A program made the translations under genes and the position numbers. From Puniceicoccales bacterium (GTDB lineage Bacteria; Verrucomicrobiota; Verrucomicrobiia; Opitutales; LL51), in contig JAITBP010000005.1 of the NCBI GenBank assembly GCA_031283585.1, positions 15,139-79,138 on the forward strand: a stretch of 64,000 nucleotides of DNA. Direction: 5' to 3'. How positions within the stretch are numbered: position 1 is the first letter of the stretch; every line of letters begins with the position of its first letter. Below the pieces are notes generated by a model. It made no database searches. It was given only the letters and a program-made list of their open reading frames with translations, and was not told the origin of the DNA. Positions 20,838 to 30,591 of this stretch are shown here, piece by piece.

Positions 20838-21336
20838 CCTGCCGCTTGTCAAAAAATACCTGTACATCAGAAAATATGGTAAACTTTTTATCACCATGGC
20901 CAACAAATTCCCAATCATTACCAATAACCGAAAACCCACTACCGGTCACAAGGATAGTTCCTTTACCAACAGCTTCCTCATCCTTTATTGAAACATTTGC
21001 CTCATCCGCCATGGCCAGAAGGTCGAGCATATTGCTGCCAGCCAACGCTATGGTGCGCATTTTAGCTGAAGAAATCCTTACCTTATTATCGTTAATTATA
21101 TCCGCCTTCTCACCGGAAAACTCCAAAATTTTATTCCCCTCATCATCAAAAACAGGCAACAAAAACCTCGTCATGGGAATAATGGATGCTTCACAGAAAA
21201 ACCCCGGGGCTAATGTCACGCAAATAGCCGAAATGACTGAAATGACTGAAATATAAAGAATTATCACTTGACCTGGAACAAATAGAAACAGATAATACAA
21301 TATTCTCAAACACAAACATACAAATGACAATACCAT
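20824..21336 (-). CDS. lptC: LptC-like membrane-anchored LPS transport protein
   Basis: 170 aa with an N-terminal TM anchor and a beta-rich periplasmic domain. Called on its position immediately upstream of lptA-lptB; sequence-level support is weak. Confidence 0.5.
   Translation of the reverse strand: MVLSFVCLCLRILYYLFLFVPGQVIILYISVISVISAICVTLAPGFFCEASIIPMTRFLLPVFDDEGNKILEFSGEKADIINDNKVRISSAKMRTIALAGSNMLDLLAMADEANVSIKDEEAVGKGTILVTGSGFSVIGNDWEFVGHGDKKFTIFSDVQVFFDKRQDEIL
21221..21256. repeat. 9-bp tandem repeat (GAAATGACT-like, about 4 units) in the lptC membrane-anchor coding region
   Basis: caaatagcc gaaatgact gaaatgact gaaatataa, encoding ISVISVISAI on the minus strand. Confidence 0.8.
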
Positions 21337-21424
21337 TTTTCACAAATACAAATTATCCAAAACCAATGACAATAATCCACATTTGCGTTGATTGAACAAA
21401 AAAATATAATATTATGAAGATAAT

Positions 21425-22666
21425 ATGGCTACTTTTAGTTATACGGGATTGGACTCCTCAAAGAAAAAAACAACTGGCACCATAAATGCTAATGATAGAA
21501 AAGATGCCGTAAGAATATTGAATGCCAGAGGGATACAAATCACCTCCATAGCTGAAAAAGGCGCCGGTGGTTTTGGCGGTGCAAAAACCGACAAGGCTTC
21601 TGGTAAAAAAAGTGGCATTGGGTTTGGAGTAAACAAATCAAAAATAGCCTATAATTTTATAAAAAAATTCCTGCAGTTATACGCCGGAGGTCTCGCCGTC
21701 GGCGATGCGGTAAAGATAATGCGCGTAAGGACTAAGAACCCAGCTGAACAGGTAATCGCCGAATCAATTCACAAGGACATATGCGAAGGTAAAACCATTT
21801 CTGACGCCATGAGAAGCTTCAGTGATGTGTTTGGAGAAAACATCGTGTGTATGATTGAAGCCGGTGAAAAAACCGGAAATTTACTGCCAATAATGCGTAA
21901 CCTGTTGGATTTCCTTGAAACCAAAGAAGCGATCAAGAAAAAGTTCATATCCGGCATGTCCTATCCGATCGTTGTTTGCTGTGTCGCCACGGTGGTAGTA
22001 CTGGTCTTTTTATTTTTCCTCATGCCTAAGATAGAGAAGATGCTATCGTCACTTGGTGGAGATATGCCATTGATCACAAAGGTGTTGATGGCCGTCGCGA
22101 ATTTCGCTCTGAGCTATGGCCACTGGGTGCTGCTTTGCGTCATCGCAGCCATTTCGTTGCTAATCAGTTTCAGAAGAACACCAAATGGCAAGTTTGCCAC
22201 CGATTGCTGGATGTTGAAAATACCTTTAATCGGCGCGGCTATAAAGGAAAATTACTACTGCCAAACCTCCAATCTTCTGGGCACATTACTTGGCAGCGGA
22301 ATAAACACAACCGAAGCGATGAAGTTAACCGAAAATTCATCATCGAATACACTTTTTAAGAAAAATTTCCTGGAGGCAAAAAAACAAATACTAGACGGCG
22401 TATCGCTATGTTTGGCCTTCGAAAAAAACAACGTGTTCCCAGAATTAGCCCTGGACATATTATCCGTCGGTGAAAATACCGGCGATATTGCATCTTCTTT
22501 CAAAGAGGTTTTCCATATATATAATCAGAGCTTGAATGACAATCTGAAAAGGATGACCAATATCATTTCTACCATGGCCATGGGCTTTGCCTTTGGATTG
22601 GTTGCAGCACTGGCATTGAGCATAGTCACGAGCGTCATGAAGTTGAGTACCACCATGGCAAAGTAG
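21425..22666 (+). CDS. gspF: type II secretion / type IV pilus platform protein (GspF/PilC family)
   Basis: 413 aa with duplicated T2SF cytoplasmic domains and three TM segments. The N-terminus (F.Y.G.D..G....G...A....DA...L...GI) is typical of the family. Confidence 0.85.
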   Translation: MATFSYTGLDSSKKKTTGTINANDRKDAVRILNARGIQITSIAEKGAGGFGGAKTDKASGKKSGIGFGVNKSKIAYNFIKKFLQLYAGGLAVGDAVKIMRVRTKNPAEQVIAESIHKDICEGKTISDAMRSFSDVFGENIVCMIEAGEKTGNLLPIMRNLLDFLETKEAIKKKFISGMSYPIVVCCVATVVVLVFLFFLMPKIEKMLSSLGGDMPLITKVLMAVANFALSYGHWVLLCVIAAISLLISFRRTPNGKFATDCWMLKIPLIGAAIKENYYCQTSNLLGTLLGSGINTTEAMKLTENSSSNTLFKKNFLEAKKQILDGVSLCLAFEKNNVFPELALDILSVGENTGDIASSFKEVFHIYNQSLNDNLKRMTNIISTMAMGFAFGLVAALALSIVTSVMKLSTTMAK

Positions 22667-22775
22667 CAAAAAATAGCGAAATAATCTACAAACAGGGTAA
22701 AATTCTATCCTATTTGCCAGGTATCGAGTTTTATTTCCTTGAATTCAATTGGTGTTATTTTTAGCATAGCTTTCG

Positions 22776-24971
22776 ATGAAACAGTTATATAATGTAAAAG
22801 TAGATGGGCTGAATATGGATTTTTCGACCGGAAGCCTTGCTAGGCAAGCCAATGGTTCAGCAGTAGTAACCTGTGGGGAAACGAGTGTATTTGTAAGCGC
22901 AGTGGCGGCAAATTCTGTGGAATCAGACCAGGATTTCTTCCCATTAACCGTAGATTACAGGGAAAGATTCAATGCATCGGGGAAAATACCCGGCGGTTAT
23001 GCCAAACGCGAAGGCAGGCCATCGGAAAAGGAAATTCTAACATCCCGGCTCTGTGATAGACCACTCAGGCCATTGTTTCCAAAGGGGTTTATTAACGAAG
23101 TCCAAATAATCGGAACATTATTGTCGGCGGATTTACAAAATGAAGCCGATGTACTTATGGTCAACGGAGCTTCGGCGGCACTTCTGTGTTCTGACATACC
23201 CTGGGCTGGCCCGATAGGTTGCATAAGATTGGGATACGTTGATGACGAATTTGTTGTGAACCCTACAAACGATCAAATGTTGGAATCCAGGCTTGACTTG
23301 ATATACGTTGGTAATGAAAGAGATATGATGATGATCGAAGGAAACGCCGATCAACTTTCGGAAGAAAAATTCATAGAAGCACTGGAGTTTGCCCAGGAAA
23401 AAATCCAGCCAATAATATCTGCACAAAAAGCTCTTGCCAGGGAATGTTCGAAGGAAAAAAGGCAGTTTGAATTGAAGGTTATCGATGAAAAAATTTTTAA
23501 AATTTGTGAAAAACTAAACGATGAACTCGCCGCTGCCGTATTCCAGAGCTCTAAGATTTTAAGGGAAAAGGCTGTAGCTAACGTTGAAGAGAAGGTCAAA
23601 GAAATGTTGACTGCCGAATTTGGCAAAGATGAGTTCGACGAAACCCAGGCGAATCTAGTCATGGAAAAGCTACAAAAAAATCTATATAGAAAAAATATCA
23701 TTGACCATGGCCGACGGGTCGATGGCCGTAAGATCAACGAGATCCGGCCCTTATCATGTCAGACCGGCGTACTTCCCTGCGTCCATGGATCGGCTATTTT
23801 CCAACGTGGTGAAACCCAAGCGCTTGTAACTACGGCACTTGGATCCAGCCGCGATGTACAAGAACTCGATGCCATAACCGGTGGAGTCGAGTCGAAGAGC
23901 TTTATTCTTCATTATAATTTTCCACCGTTTTCCGTTGGCGAAACGGGTAGAACCGGAGGTGCTGGCCGCCGAGAAATAGGCCATGGTGCTCTGGCGGAAA
24001 GGTCTTTGGCACCGGTTCTCCCACCGGAATCCGAGTTCCCCTATTCCATAAGGGTTGTGTCAGACATTCTCGAATCAAACGGATCTTCTTCCATGGCAAG
24101 CGTTTGTGGTGGATGCCTAGCGCTTATGGATGCCGGCGTACAAATAACGGCACCTGTATCCGGCATATCCACGGGCCTGGTCACGGAACTGGACAGGGAT
24201 GGAAACATCGTTAAGCATGTGATTCTGACAGACATAATAGGCGACGAGGACCATTTCGGCGACATGGATTTCAAGGTCTCTGGGACGGCCCGGGGCATCA
24301 CCGGCTTTCAGCTTGACCTGAAAATCAAAGGCCTCCCGCTTTCCATCGCCAGGGAAGCCATATTCAGGAACAAAATAGACCGGGCGAAAATATTAGAAGC
24401 TATGTTGGCTGTGCAACCTAAACCAAGAGAAGATCTTAGAGAAAACGCACCGAGAGTAAAGGCGTTGAAAATAGACCCGGATAAAATCGGAGCGCTGATT
24501 GGACCGGGTGGCAAAAACATAAAGAGGATAACGGAACTCACTGGCGCACAAATAGATATAAACGAAGACAATAGCGGAAATTTACTGGTCTTTTCGAACA
24601 ACAAGGAAATGCTCGATCAGGCCATTTCACAGATCATGCTGGTTTCCGCTGAAATAGAGGTGGGCAAGACCTATCGCAGCATAGTCAAATCCATGAAAGA
24701 ATTTGGCGTCTTTGTCGAGTGTATCCCTGGCAAAGAAGGACTTGTGCATATTTCCGAGCTTGATGACAACCGGATCGAACGTGTGGAAGATGTGTGCAAT
24801 ATCGGCGACGAAATAATTGTGAAGTGCGTCGGAATTGACGATAATGGCAAGGTGAGACTGAGTCGTAAGGCCGCACTTTGCGAAGCCCGCAACGAAGCCT
24901 ATGAAGCCAAATTGCCTCCAAAAAGGAACAATAATACCAACAGGCATCGAGGAAAATTTGCCCGAAGATAG
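22776..24971 (+). CDS. pnp: polyribonucleotide nucleotidyltransferase (PNPase)
   Basis: 731 aa. Two RNase PH-like domains, a KH domain ([10 protein letters not shown]) and an S1 domain ([19 protein letters not shown]). Confidence 0.95.
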   Translation: MKQLYNVKVDGLNMDFSTGSLARQANGSAVVTCGETSVFVSAVAANSVESDQDFFPLTVDYRERFNASGKIPGGYAKREGRPSEKEILTSRLCDRPLRPLFPKGFINEVQIIGTLLSADLQNEADVLMVNGASAALLCSDIPWAGPIGCIRLGYVDDEFVVNPTNDQMLESRLDLIYVGNERDMMMIEGNADQLSEEKFIEALEFAQEKIQPIISAQKALARECSKEKRQFELKVIDEKIFKICEKLNDELAAAVFQSSKILREKAVANVEEKVKEMLTAEFGKDEFDETQANLVMEKLQKNLYRKNIIDHGRRVDGRKINEIRPLSCQTGVLPCVHGSAIFQRGETQALVTTALGSSRDVQELDAITGGVESKSFILHYNFPPFSVGETGRTGGAGRREIGHGALAERSLAPVLPPESEFPYSIRVVSDILESNGSSSMASVCGGCLALMDAGVQITAPVSGISTGLVTELDRDGNIVKHVILTDIIGDEDHFGDMDFKVSGTARGITGFQLDLKIKGLPLSIAREAIFRNKIDRAKILEAMLAVQPKPREDLRENAPRVKALKIDPDKIGALIGPGGKNIKRITELTGAQIDINEDNSGNLLVFSNNKEMLDQAISQIMLVSAEIEVGKTYRSIVKSMKEFGVFVECIPGKEGLVHISELDDNRIERVEDVCNIGDEIIVKCVGIDDNGKVRLSRKAALCEARNEAYEAKLPPKRNNNTNRHRGKFARR

Positions 24972-25085
24972 TTCTCTATAGCGTTCATCCGCACAGAATT
25001 ACAGAACAAACTCCCAATCAATTTGGCAATTTCAATCAAAAGAAGTTGACTTGTTGCTTTTTCATTAGATTTTGCGATTTCATCT

Positions 25086-25160
25086 GCCCTTATCGTCTAG
25101 CGGTCAGGACGTCGGATTCTCATTCCGAAAACCGGGGTTCGATTCCCCGTAGGGGTGCCA
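25086..25160 (+). tRNA. tRNA-Glu (anticodon CUC)
   Basis: Hand-folded cloverleaf: acceptor GCCCTTA/TAGGGGT, anticodon arm TCGGA-TTCTCAT-TCCGA, T arm CGGGG-TTCGATT-CCCCG, encoded CCA. Confidence 0.9.
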
Positions 25161-25183
25161 GTTTAGTATGCAAGTCGTTCTGC

Positions 25184-25780
25184 CTAAGCAAGTTTCCACA
25201 AATAAAAAGAGGCTATGGAGCAATAGGGTGAATAAAGGGCCCTGGAAACATCTAAGTCATTTTGGCTTAATTCGTTACATTCATTTAGCTTCATTAGACC
25301 TTTTCGGATACCCAGATCTCGCCAGCTGAACACGTTTTTACGCCCTAGCGAAAATATTAGCGTCATTTCGGCGGTCCACACACCAATGCCCTTAAGTTTC
25401 ACGAGCTCGGCTACCACGGCTTCGTCAGCCAGAGTGTGAAGCTTCGAAAAGTCGACAGCGCCATCGGCAACAGCCTTGCTCAAACCAAATATGTAGGAGG
25501 CTTTCCTTTCGGATAACCCACACTCGCGCAAAGAGTTAGCGTCACATTCACAGATGTGGTCAGCGGACAACCCACCGAATTTATTGGACAATTTTTTAAG
25601 AATAGCATTAGCAGCAGCTTTTGAAATTTGCTGACTAACCATACTAATGACAATGGCTTCGAACACATCCCTGTTTATGGAAACGTCTATGTGCCCAATT
25701 TTGTCAATTACGACGCCAAGCTTCGGATCACGCTGTTTCAGATAGTTAATCTCAACATCATTATATTCAAACACTTGCAT
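25184..25780 (-). CDS. DNA-3-methyladenine glycosylase II family protein (HhH-GPD, AlkA-like)
   Basis: HhH motif LKGIGVWTAEM followed by the conserved Asp region (WRDLGIRKG). Start set at the internal ATG (MQVFEY), because the longer ORF abuts the tRNA. Confidence 0.7.
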   Translation of the reverse strand: MQVFEYNDVEINYLKQRDPKLGVVIDKIGHIDVSINRDVFEAIVISMVSQQISKAAANAILKKLSNKFGGLSADHICECDANSLRECGLSERKASYIFGLSKAVADGAVDFSKLHTLADEAVVAELVKLKGIGVWTAEMTLIFSLGRKNVFSWRDLGIRKGLMKLNECNELSQNDLDVSRALYSPYCSIASFYLWKLA

Positions 25781-25811
25781 TGGCAATTCCGTACATGACA
25801 AAACCACCGGG

Positions 25812-25885
<74 letters not shown>

Positions 25886-25949
25886 TCGAAGATTTAGTTT
25901 TTATCTGCGTTTAAAGTGGCAAGTCAATCAAATTTCTTCATAAAATCGA

Positions 25950-27275
25950 CTAAAAATTTTCCTCTTTGGACTTTTCGATCAATTCGGCCAACAATTTGTC
26001 CGGATCATCGATATCATCGGCGGAAATGTCCAATACTTTTACCGACGTGGACGGCAATTCAAATTTAAGATTACGAAATATTCGCTCCAAAATTGTCAAC
26101 AATCCCCTGGCTCCGGTCTTTTCCTTCTCGGCCAAGTCGGCTATTTTTCCCAAAGCCTCCTCGGCGACACTCAATTTTATGCCATAGCCGGCAAAATCAT
26201 CGATGTACTGCTTCAATATGGACCCTTTTGAGGAAGTCAGAATTTTTTTGAGTTCGGCCTTGCCCAGAGCCCTGCAAGCCACTCGCACCGGTAGCCTACC
26301 GATAAATTCTGGCTCAAATCCATATTTTATAAGATCCTCAGTACTAACTTGTTGCAAAACATCGAAATCATCGACCATGGTTTTGCTATCGGTTCCGCCA
26401 AAGCCTATCTTGGTATGGCCCAGACGCTTAGCTGTGATTTCCAGTATACGATCAAAAGCCCCGCTAACTATGAACAGGATATGCTGCGTATTTATCTTCT
26501 CGGCCTTATTTTTCCTATTGAACGAGCTTGTCATAAACGCCCGCATTTGGTTCATTATGTCGGTCTGGCTCAAGATGTTAACATCTGTCTCTTCCATCAA
26601 TTTCAGTAGATTTATCTGCACGCCACGGCCGGATATATCACGGGTATCGCCGGACGAAACGTTGGCAATTTTATCGATTTCATCTATGAAAATAATACCA
26701 TACTGGGCCAAATCCACATTGCCATCGGCGGCCTTGACCAGGTCCCGAACCAAATCGTCCACATCGGCGCCCGCATATCCTGTTTCGGAAAACTTTGTGG
26801 CATCGGCCTTTACAAAAGGAACGCCGATTAGCCTGGCGATGGTTTTGACCAGATAGGTCTTGCCCACACCGGTAGGCCCAAATAACAACAGGTTCTGTTT
26901 ATTGTAGTCATTGTCACGCAGGTGCTTATCGCCCTCGGAAATACATCTCCGCACATGATTATAATGGTCACACACCGCCACGGCCAACACCTTTTTGGCC
27001 TCATCTTGATAGATCACAAATTTATCGAGATATTCCTTAACTTCAATGGGTTTTAGATTGAATGACTTTATTTTACTAACGGTATCCAGGTCCCTTTCTC
27101 CGCCGGAAGGTTCGTCACCACCAGCACTTTTATCTCCTTCGGGATTAATTTTTGTTGAGAAAGACACCGTCCCAACACCACTTTTTTCAAAAATTTCACC
27201 AAGCTTTTTTGTAATCTCCTCAAGCGGATTACCTGAGCCTCTAAAGCAGTATAACATGCTCGAATAAAACAACAA
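25950..27275 (-). CDS. ClpX-like AAA+ unfoldase lacking the N-terminal zinc-binding domain
   Basis: YLDKFVIYQDEAKKVLAVAV, Walker A GPTGVGKTY, Walker B IIFIDEIDKI, pore loop GYAG, and an IGF-type loop (KIGFGG). No CxxC pairs at the N-terminus. Confidence 0.75.
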   Translation of the reverse strand: MLFYSSMLYCFRGSGNPLEEITKKLGEIFEKSGVGTVSFSTKINPEGDKSAGGDEPSGGERDLDTVSKIKSFNLKPIEVKEYLDKFVIYQDEAKKVLAVAVCDHYNHVRRCISEGDKHLRDNDYNKQNLLLFGPTGVGKTYLVKTIARLIGVPFVKADATKFSETGYAGADVDDLVRDLVKAADGNVDLAQYGIIFIDEIDKIANVSSGDTRDISGRGVQINLLKLMEETDVNILSQTDIMNQMRAFMTSSFNRKNKAEKINTQHILFIVSGAFDRILEITAKRLGHTKIGFGGTDSKTMVDDFDVLQQVSTEDLIKYGFEPEFIGRLPVRVACRALGKAELKKILTSSKGSILKQYIDDFAGYGIKLSVAEEALGKIADLAEKEKTGARGLLTILERIFRNLKFELPSTSVKVLDISADDIDDPDKLLAELIEKSKEENF

Positions 27276-27307
27276 CCGTTCTGCTAGACAATCAAAAAAG
27301 TAAACGA

Positions 27308-27556
27308 CTATTTTCTGCAGCGTCGGAATTTCGAATTAAACTTCTCCACTCGACCAGCCGCATCAACAAATCTCTTCTCGCCGGTATAGGCAGGATGGGA
27401 ATCGGACGTAACATCCTTGACCACAACATAATACTCCACACCCTCGATCACTTCCTTTTTCTTTGAATGGACCGTGGACATGGTAAGAAACTTCCTTCCG
27501 GTCGATATGTCCACAAAACAAACCGGCCTAGACTCTGGATGTATTCCCTTTTTCAT
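27308..27556 (-). CDS. rpmE2: 50S ribosomal protein L31 type B (zinc-independent form)
   Basis: MKKGIHPESRPVCFVD...HPAYTG...RVEKFNSKF with no CxxC zinc knuckle. The start ATG is preceded by GGAG. Confidence 0.9.
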   Translation of the reverse strand: MKKGIHPESRPVCFVDISTGRKFLTMSTVHSKKKEVIEGVEYYVVVKDVTSDSHPAYTGEKRFVDAAGRVEKFNSKFRRCRK

Positions 27557-27571
27557 ATTGACTCCAACCAC

Positions 27572-27697
27572 TCAGCCTTGTCGAGCCTTAAACCTAGGAT
27601 TTGTTTTGCAAATCACATAAACCCTACCTTTTCGACGAACAACTTTACAATCCGGATGACGACTCTTAGCCGATTTCAATGATGCGACCACTTTCAT
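27572..27697 (-). CDS. rpmJ: 50S ribosomal protein L36 type 2 (YkgO-like); not in the supplied ORF track
   Basis: Manual translation of the minus strand gives [41 protein letters not shown] (41 aa). It is close to E. coli YkgO and sits 15 nt upstream of rpmE2. Confidence 0.85.
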   Translation of the reverse strand: MKVVASLKSAKSRHPDCKVVRRKGRVYVICKTNPRFKARQG

Positions 27698-27749
27698 ACT
27701 CAAAGGACAGCGAATTACAGCTTCGCCAGATGTCAAGAAAAATTTAAAA

Positions 27750-28553
27750 TTAACACTCCATTGAACGCCTCAGCTCCCAAAATTTCGCACAATTATTGAT
27801 AATGTCGCCAATTTTATCCACATGGATCTGGTTTGCCGCATCCGATGCAGCCCTGTCAGGATCCGGATGGGTTTCAAAAAAAACACCATTGGCACCGGCG
27901 GAAATGGCTGCATAGGCGAGGGTCTCGGCAAATTCCCTGCTACCGAGCGTAACACCTTCTCCGGCACCGGGTTTTTGAACACTATGCGTGGCATCAAAAA
28001 TTACCGGCTCGGCATGGTATTTCATCAGGGCTATATTTCTCATATCAACCACCAGGTCATTGTACCCAAAAGTTGTACCCCGCTCTATTTGCCAAACCTC
28101 CTCGGCTCCAGAGACTTCCAGTTTGTTCACCACATATTTCATCTCTCTGGCCGACAAAAATTGACCCTTTTTTACCGAAACCACGGCACCGGTTTCCGCC
28201 GCCGCAATCAACAGGTCTGTCTGCCGGCATAAAAACGCCGGAATCTGCAAAACATCACATACGCGTGCCGCAACCGCTGCCTGATCAGGTAGATGTATAT
28301 CGGTGGTCAGGGAAAATCCATAATTGGCCTTTATCTTTCCAAGAATTTTCATGCCCTCGACCAGACCAACACCACGCTGGCTGGTCACAGAAGTCCTATT
28401 CGCCTTGTCAAATGAAGACTTGAAGATTAACTGGATACGATCATTTGCATCCACAATTTTAGCCAATTTTTCGGCCACATCCATCAACAGCCTCTCAGAC
28501 TCTATCACACAGGGCCCTGCAATCACTAAAAGTCTATCTCTGTTATATAACAC
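27750..28553 (-). CDS. kdsA: 3-deoxy-8-phosphooctulonate (KDO-8-P) synthase
   Basis: 267 aa. [12 protein letters not shown] start and the KSSFDKANR and FDATHSVQ motifs. Confidence 0.9.
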   Translation of the reverse strand: MLYNRDRLLVIAGPCVIESERLLMDVAEKLAKIVDANDRIQLIFKSSFDKANRTSVTSQRGVGLVEGMKILGKIKANYGFSLTTDIHLPDQAAVAARVCDVLQIPAFLCRQTDLLIAAAETGAVVSVKKGQFLSAREMKYVVNKLEVSGAEEVWQIERGTTFGYNDLVVDMRNIALMKYHAEPVIFDATHSVQKPGAGEGVTLGSREFAETLAYAAISAGANGVFFETHPDPDRAASDAANQIHVDKIGDIINNCAKFWELRRSMEC

Positions 28554-28614
28554 GGCTGAACTAAAGCCGTTGGCACAAAATAGTCAACAATCGACCACCG
28601 GCTAGATAGATGCT

Positions 28615-29952
28615 TCAGGCCACGCGTTCGACAATCAAGTCATTCTGGGCGGGCCTCTTAGGAGCCAACCTGTAGGCAGCCCGAAGAAGCTCAATGGATG
28701 ATTCCAAACTTATTTCGTCATTATAGTGGATCATCATAAGTGCCTCACCTTGTTTGACTTGAGTTCCAACCTTCTTAATTCCAGAAACACCCACCGAATG
28801 GTCAGTGCTACCATCCATTTTTTTGGATAAAATCTGTACACCTCGTGCAATCATACCCGAGTCAATGGTATGAACATAGCCCCGTTTGGCAGCCGGTAAC
28901 TTCTTTATATATTTGGCCTTAGGAAACTTATCAGGATCATCTATATAGGAACCGTCACCACCCTGGGCCTCGATCAATTCCTTCAGCTTGTTCAGGGCAG
29001 TACCGTCCGTTAAGTGTCTACGAACCATTTGCTTAGCTGATAATGTCGATCCGGCGACTCCGGCCAATCGGACCATCTCCATGCCCAGTCTCAATATCAA
29101 TTCATCGAGGCTAGGATCGGACTCACCTCGAAGTATCCGCAGTGCTTCTTGCAACTCCAATCCGGTTCCCACCGAATCACCCAGAGGCTGATTCATATCA
29201 GTCACTAGCGCAACACACTTACGATTCATTGACCGGGCAACTCTGGTTACCATCCGGCCGAGTTGTTTAGCATCCTCCACATCCCGGACATAGGCACCAT
29301 TACCCCACTTAACATCAACGATCAAGCCTTCGGAGCCCTCGGAAAATTTTTTGCTCAGCAGGCTCGCCGTCAGCAATGGAATGCTTGGGATCGTACCAGT
29401 CTCTTTCCGCAGCTTAAACAAAATATTGTTTATGGGCGTAATCCGCGGACACTGTTCCATAATCGCACAGCCAATTCGCTTTACCTGTTCTGCAAATCGT
29501 TCGTGAGTAATATCAGTCGTAAAGCCAGGGACGGATTTCAACTTGTCCACATCACTTATCACAAAACCCTCTTCCTCGCCGACCATGGACGGCACAGCTA
29601 TGCCGCAGGAAGCCGCCAGTGGAATCAAAATCAAGCCGGCCTTGTCACCCACTCCACCGGTAGCGTACCTATCCAATTTAGGGCGAGTTATTTTTGGCAA
29701 CTCAAAAACATCACCGGTAAGCATCATTTCTTCAGCAAAAACCGCAGTTTCCTGGGGCGACATGCCTTTAAAATATATGGCCATGGCCAAAGCCGCCAAC
29801 TGATGATCTAAAATCTTGCCATTCAAAATAGAATCAGTTATATACCGGATCTCTTCGTCCAAAAATTCTTCGCCATCTCGTTTCTTTTCAATGAGATAGG
29901 CATATGAAAGTTTCGAAAAATCCTTAATCAGAATTCCACTACTACACTCCAC
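28615..29952 (-). CDS. thymidine / pyrimidine-nucleoside phosphorylase
   Basis: GTG start preceded by AGGAGG. TGGVGDK phosphate-binding motif, glycosyltransferase family 3 architecture, C-terminal PYNP domain. Confidence 0.85.
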   Translation of the reverse strand: MECSSGILIKDFSKLSYAYLIEKKRDGEEFLDEEIRYITDSILNGKILDHQLAALAMAIYFKGMSPQETAVFAEEMMLTGDVFELPKITRPKLDRYATGGVGDKAGLILIPLAASCGIAVPSMVGEEEGFVISDVDKLKSVPGFTTDITHERFAEQVKRIGCAIMEQCPRITPINNILFKLRKETGTIPSIPLLTASLLSKKFSEGSEGLIVDVKWGNGAYVRDVEDAKQLGRMVTRVARSMNRKCVALVTDMNQPLGDSVGTGLELQEALRILRGESDPSLDELILRLGMEMVRLAGVAGSTLSAKQMVRRHLTDGTALNKLKELIEAQGGDGSYIDDPDKFPKAKYIKKLPAAKRGYVHTIDSGMIARGVQILSKKMDGSTDHSVGVSGIKKVGTQVKQGEALMMIHYNDEISLESSIELLRAAYRLAPKRPAQNDLIVERVA

Positions 29953-30072
29953 AAAATTTCCTCCTGGATAACATTAATCGATAAAAGACGCAACCAACCG
30001 CCATGTCACTTCTTAATTTTTACGCTATTTTGTCAAGACCTAACTGTTTAATATTGACAAATTATGGCACAC

Positions 30073-30591
30073 TTAGCTCAACAATCTACTGGCAATAAAT
30101 AAGGAAATTGCTGTATAAACTGCCGCTATAAGATCGTCAATCACAATTCCAATTCCGCCATTAAAATTTTGTAATTTTTTTATACCTAGTGGCTTAACAA
30201 TGTCGAAAAATCTAAAAAATAAAAATCCACCCAGGAGTATCATCCACATTTTAAACCTGGGTTGCAATGCATCGCTTGTCACAAAACACACTGGCATGGC
30301 GACCATTTCATCTAAAATCACACCGGCTGGATCCTTTTTTTTTAACCTAAGCTCAGCCTCGCCACATATAACAATTGCCACGTAAACACTGACAATAACT
30401 TTTAACAAAAACCATGAAAAATTGTCTCCGTAGAAAAACAAAATATACCATAACAATCCCAGGCCCGAACCGACGGTACCCGGTGCAACGACTCTCTCGC
30501 CAACAAAAAGCGTGGCTAGGCCCACCACAGTCTTCGAACTAAGTGTTTTAATCCAAACCGGCCGCAGTATACCATGCATACTAATCCGCAT
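30073..30591 (-). CDS. pgpA: phosphatidylglycerophosphatase A
   Basis: PgpA-like membrane protein (DEMVAMP, FRFFDIVKP, IVIDDLIAAVYT). The start is uncertain: ATG at 30591 or 30579, around the pgsA stop. Confidence 0.75.
   Translation of the reverse strand: MRISMHGILRPVWIKTLSSKTVVGLATLFVGERVVAPGTVGSGLGLLWYILFFYGDNFSWFLLKVIVSVYVAIVICGEAELRLKKKDPAGVILDEMVAMPVCFVTSDALQPRFKMWMILLGGFLFFRFFDIVKPLGIKKLQNFNGGIGIVIDDLIAAVYTAISLFIASRLLS

Noticed and set aside
20245-20939. The long N-terminal extensions of the lptB (to 20344) and lptA (to 20939) ORFs in the six-frame track, which imply 100-nt-plus gene overlaps.
   Set aside because: Internal ATGs reproduce canonical N-termini (MLQTVSIAKNY for LptB; the MKFYKR signal peptide for LptA, overlapping the lptC stop). 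The extensions encode implausible sequence.
20752-21256. Short tandem repeats as a possible CRISPR array or minisatellite element. The same applies to 43461-43514, 44766-44810 and 62308-62339.
   Set aside because: The units are 8-9 bp with no spacers. Most are in frame within coding sequence. No cas genes are present. They are not CRISPR.
21337-21424. DnaA-box-like 9-mers (TTATCCAAA, TAATCCACA) suggesting an origin of replication.
   Set aside because: There are only two imperfect boxes in an 88-nt divergent promoter spacer. There is no cluster of boxes, no AT-rich unwinding repeats and no dnaA/dnaN context.
22667-22775. An expected rpsO (S15) gene or structured pnp leader upstream of pnp.
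   Set aside because: Only 109 nt are available, with no ORF for S15 and no convincing hairpin. There is a possible TTGAAT-N17-TAGCAT promoter, but I judged it too weak to list.
26203-26856. Long antisense ORFs opposite real genes. Examples: 26203-26856 opposite the clpX-like gene, 55947-56381 opposite ftsK, 6758-7195 opposite acpS/ruvC, 29263-29811 opposite the thymidine phosphorylase gene, and 37687-38067 opposite bioC.
   Set aside because: Each lies entirely inside a gene with strong family motifs on the other strand. Their translations are low-complexity, Ser/Arg/Pro-rich shadow sequences with no recognisable features.
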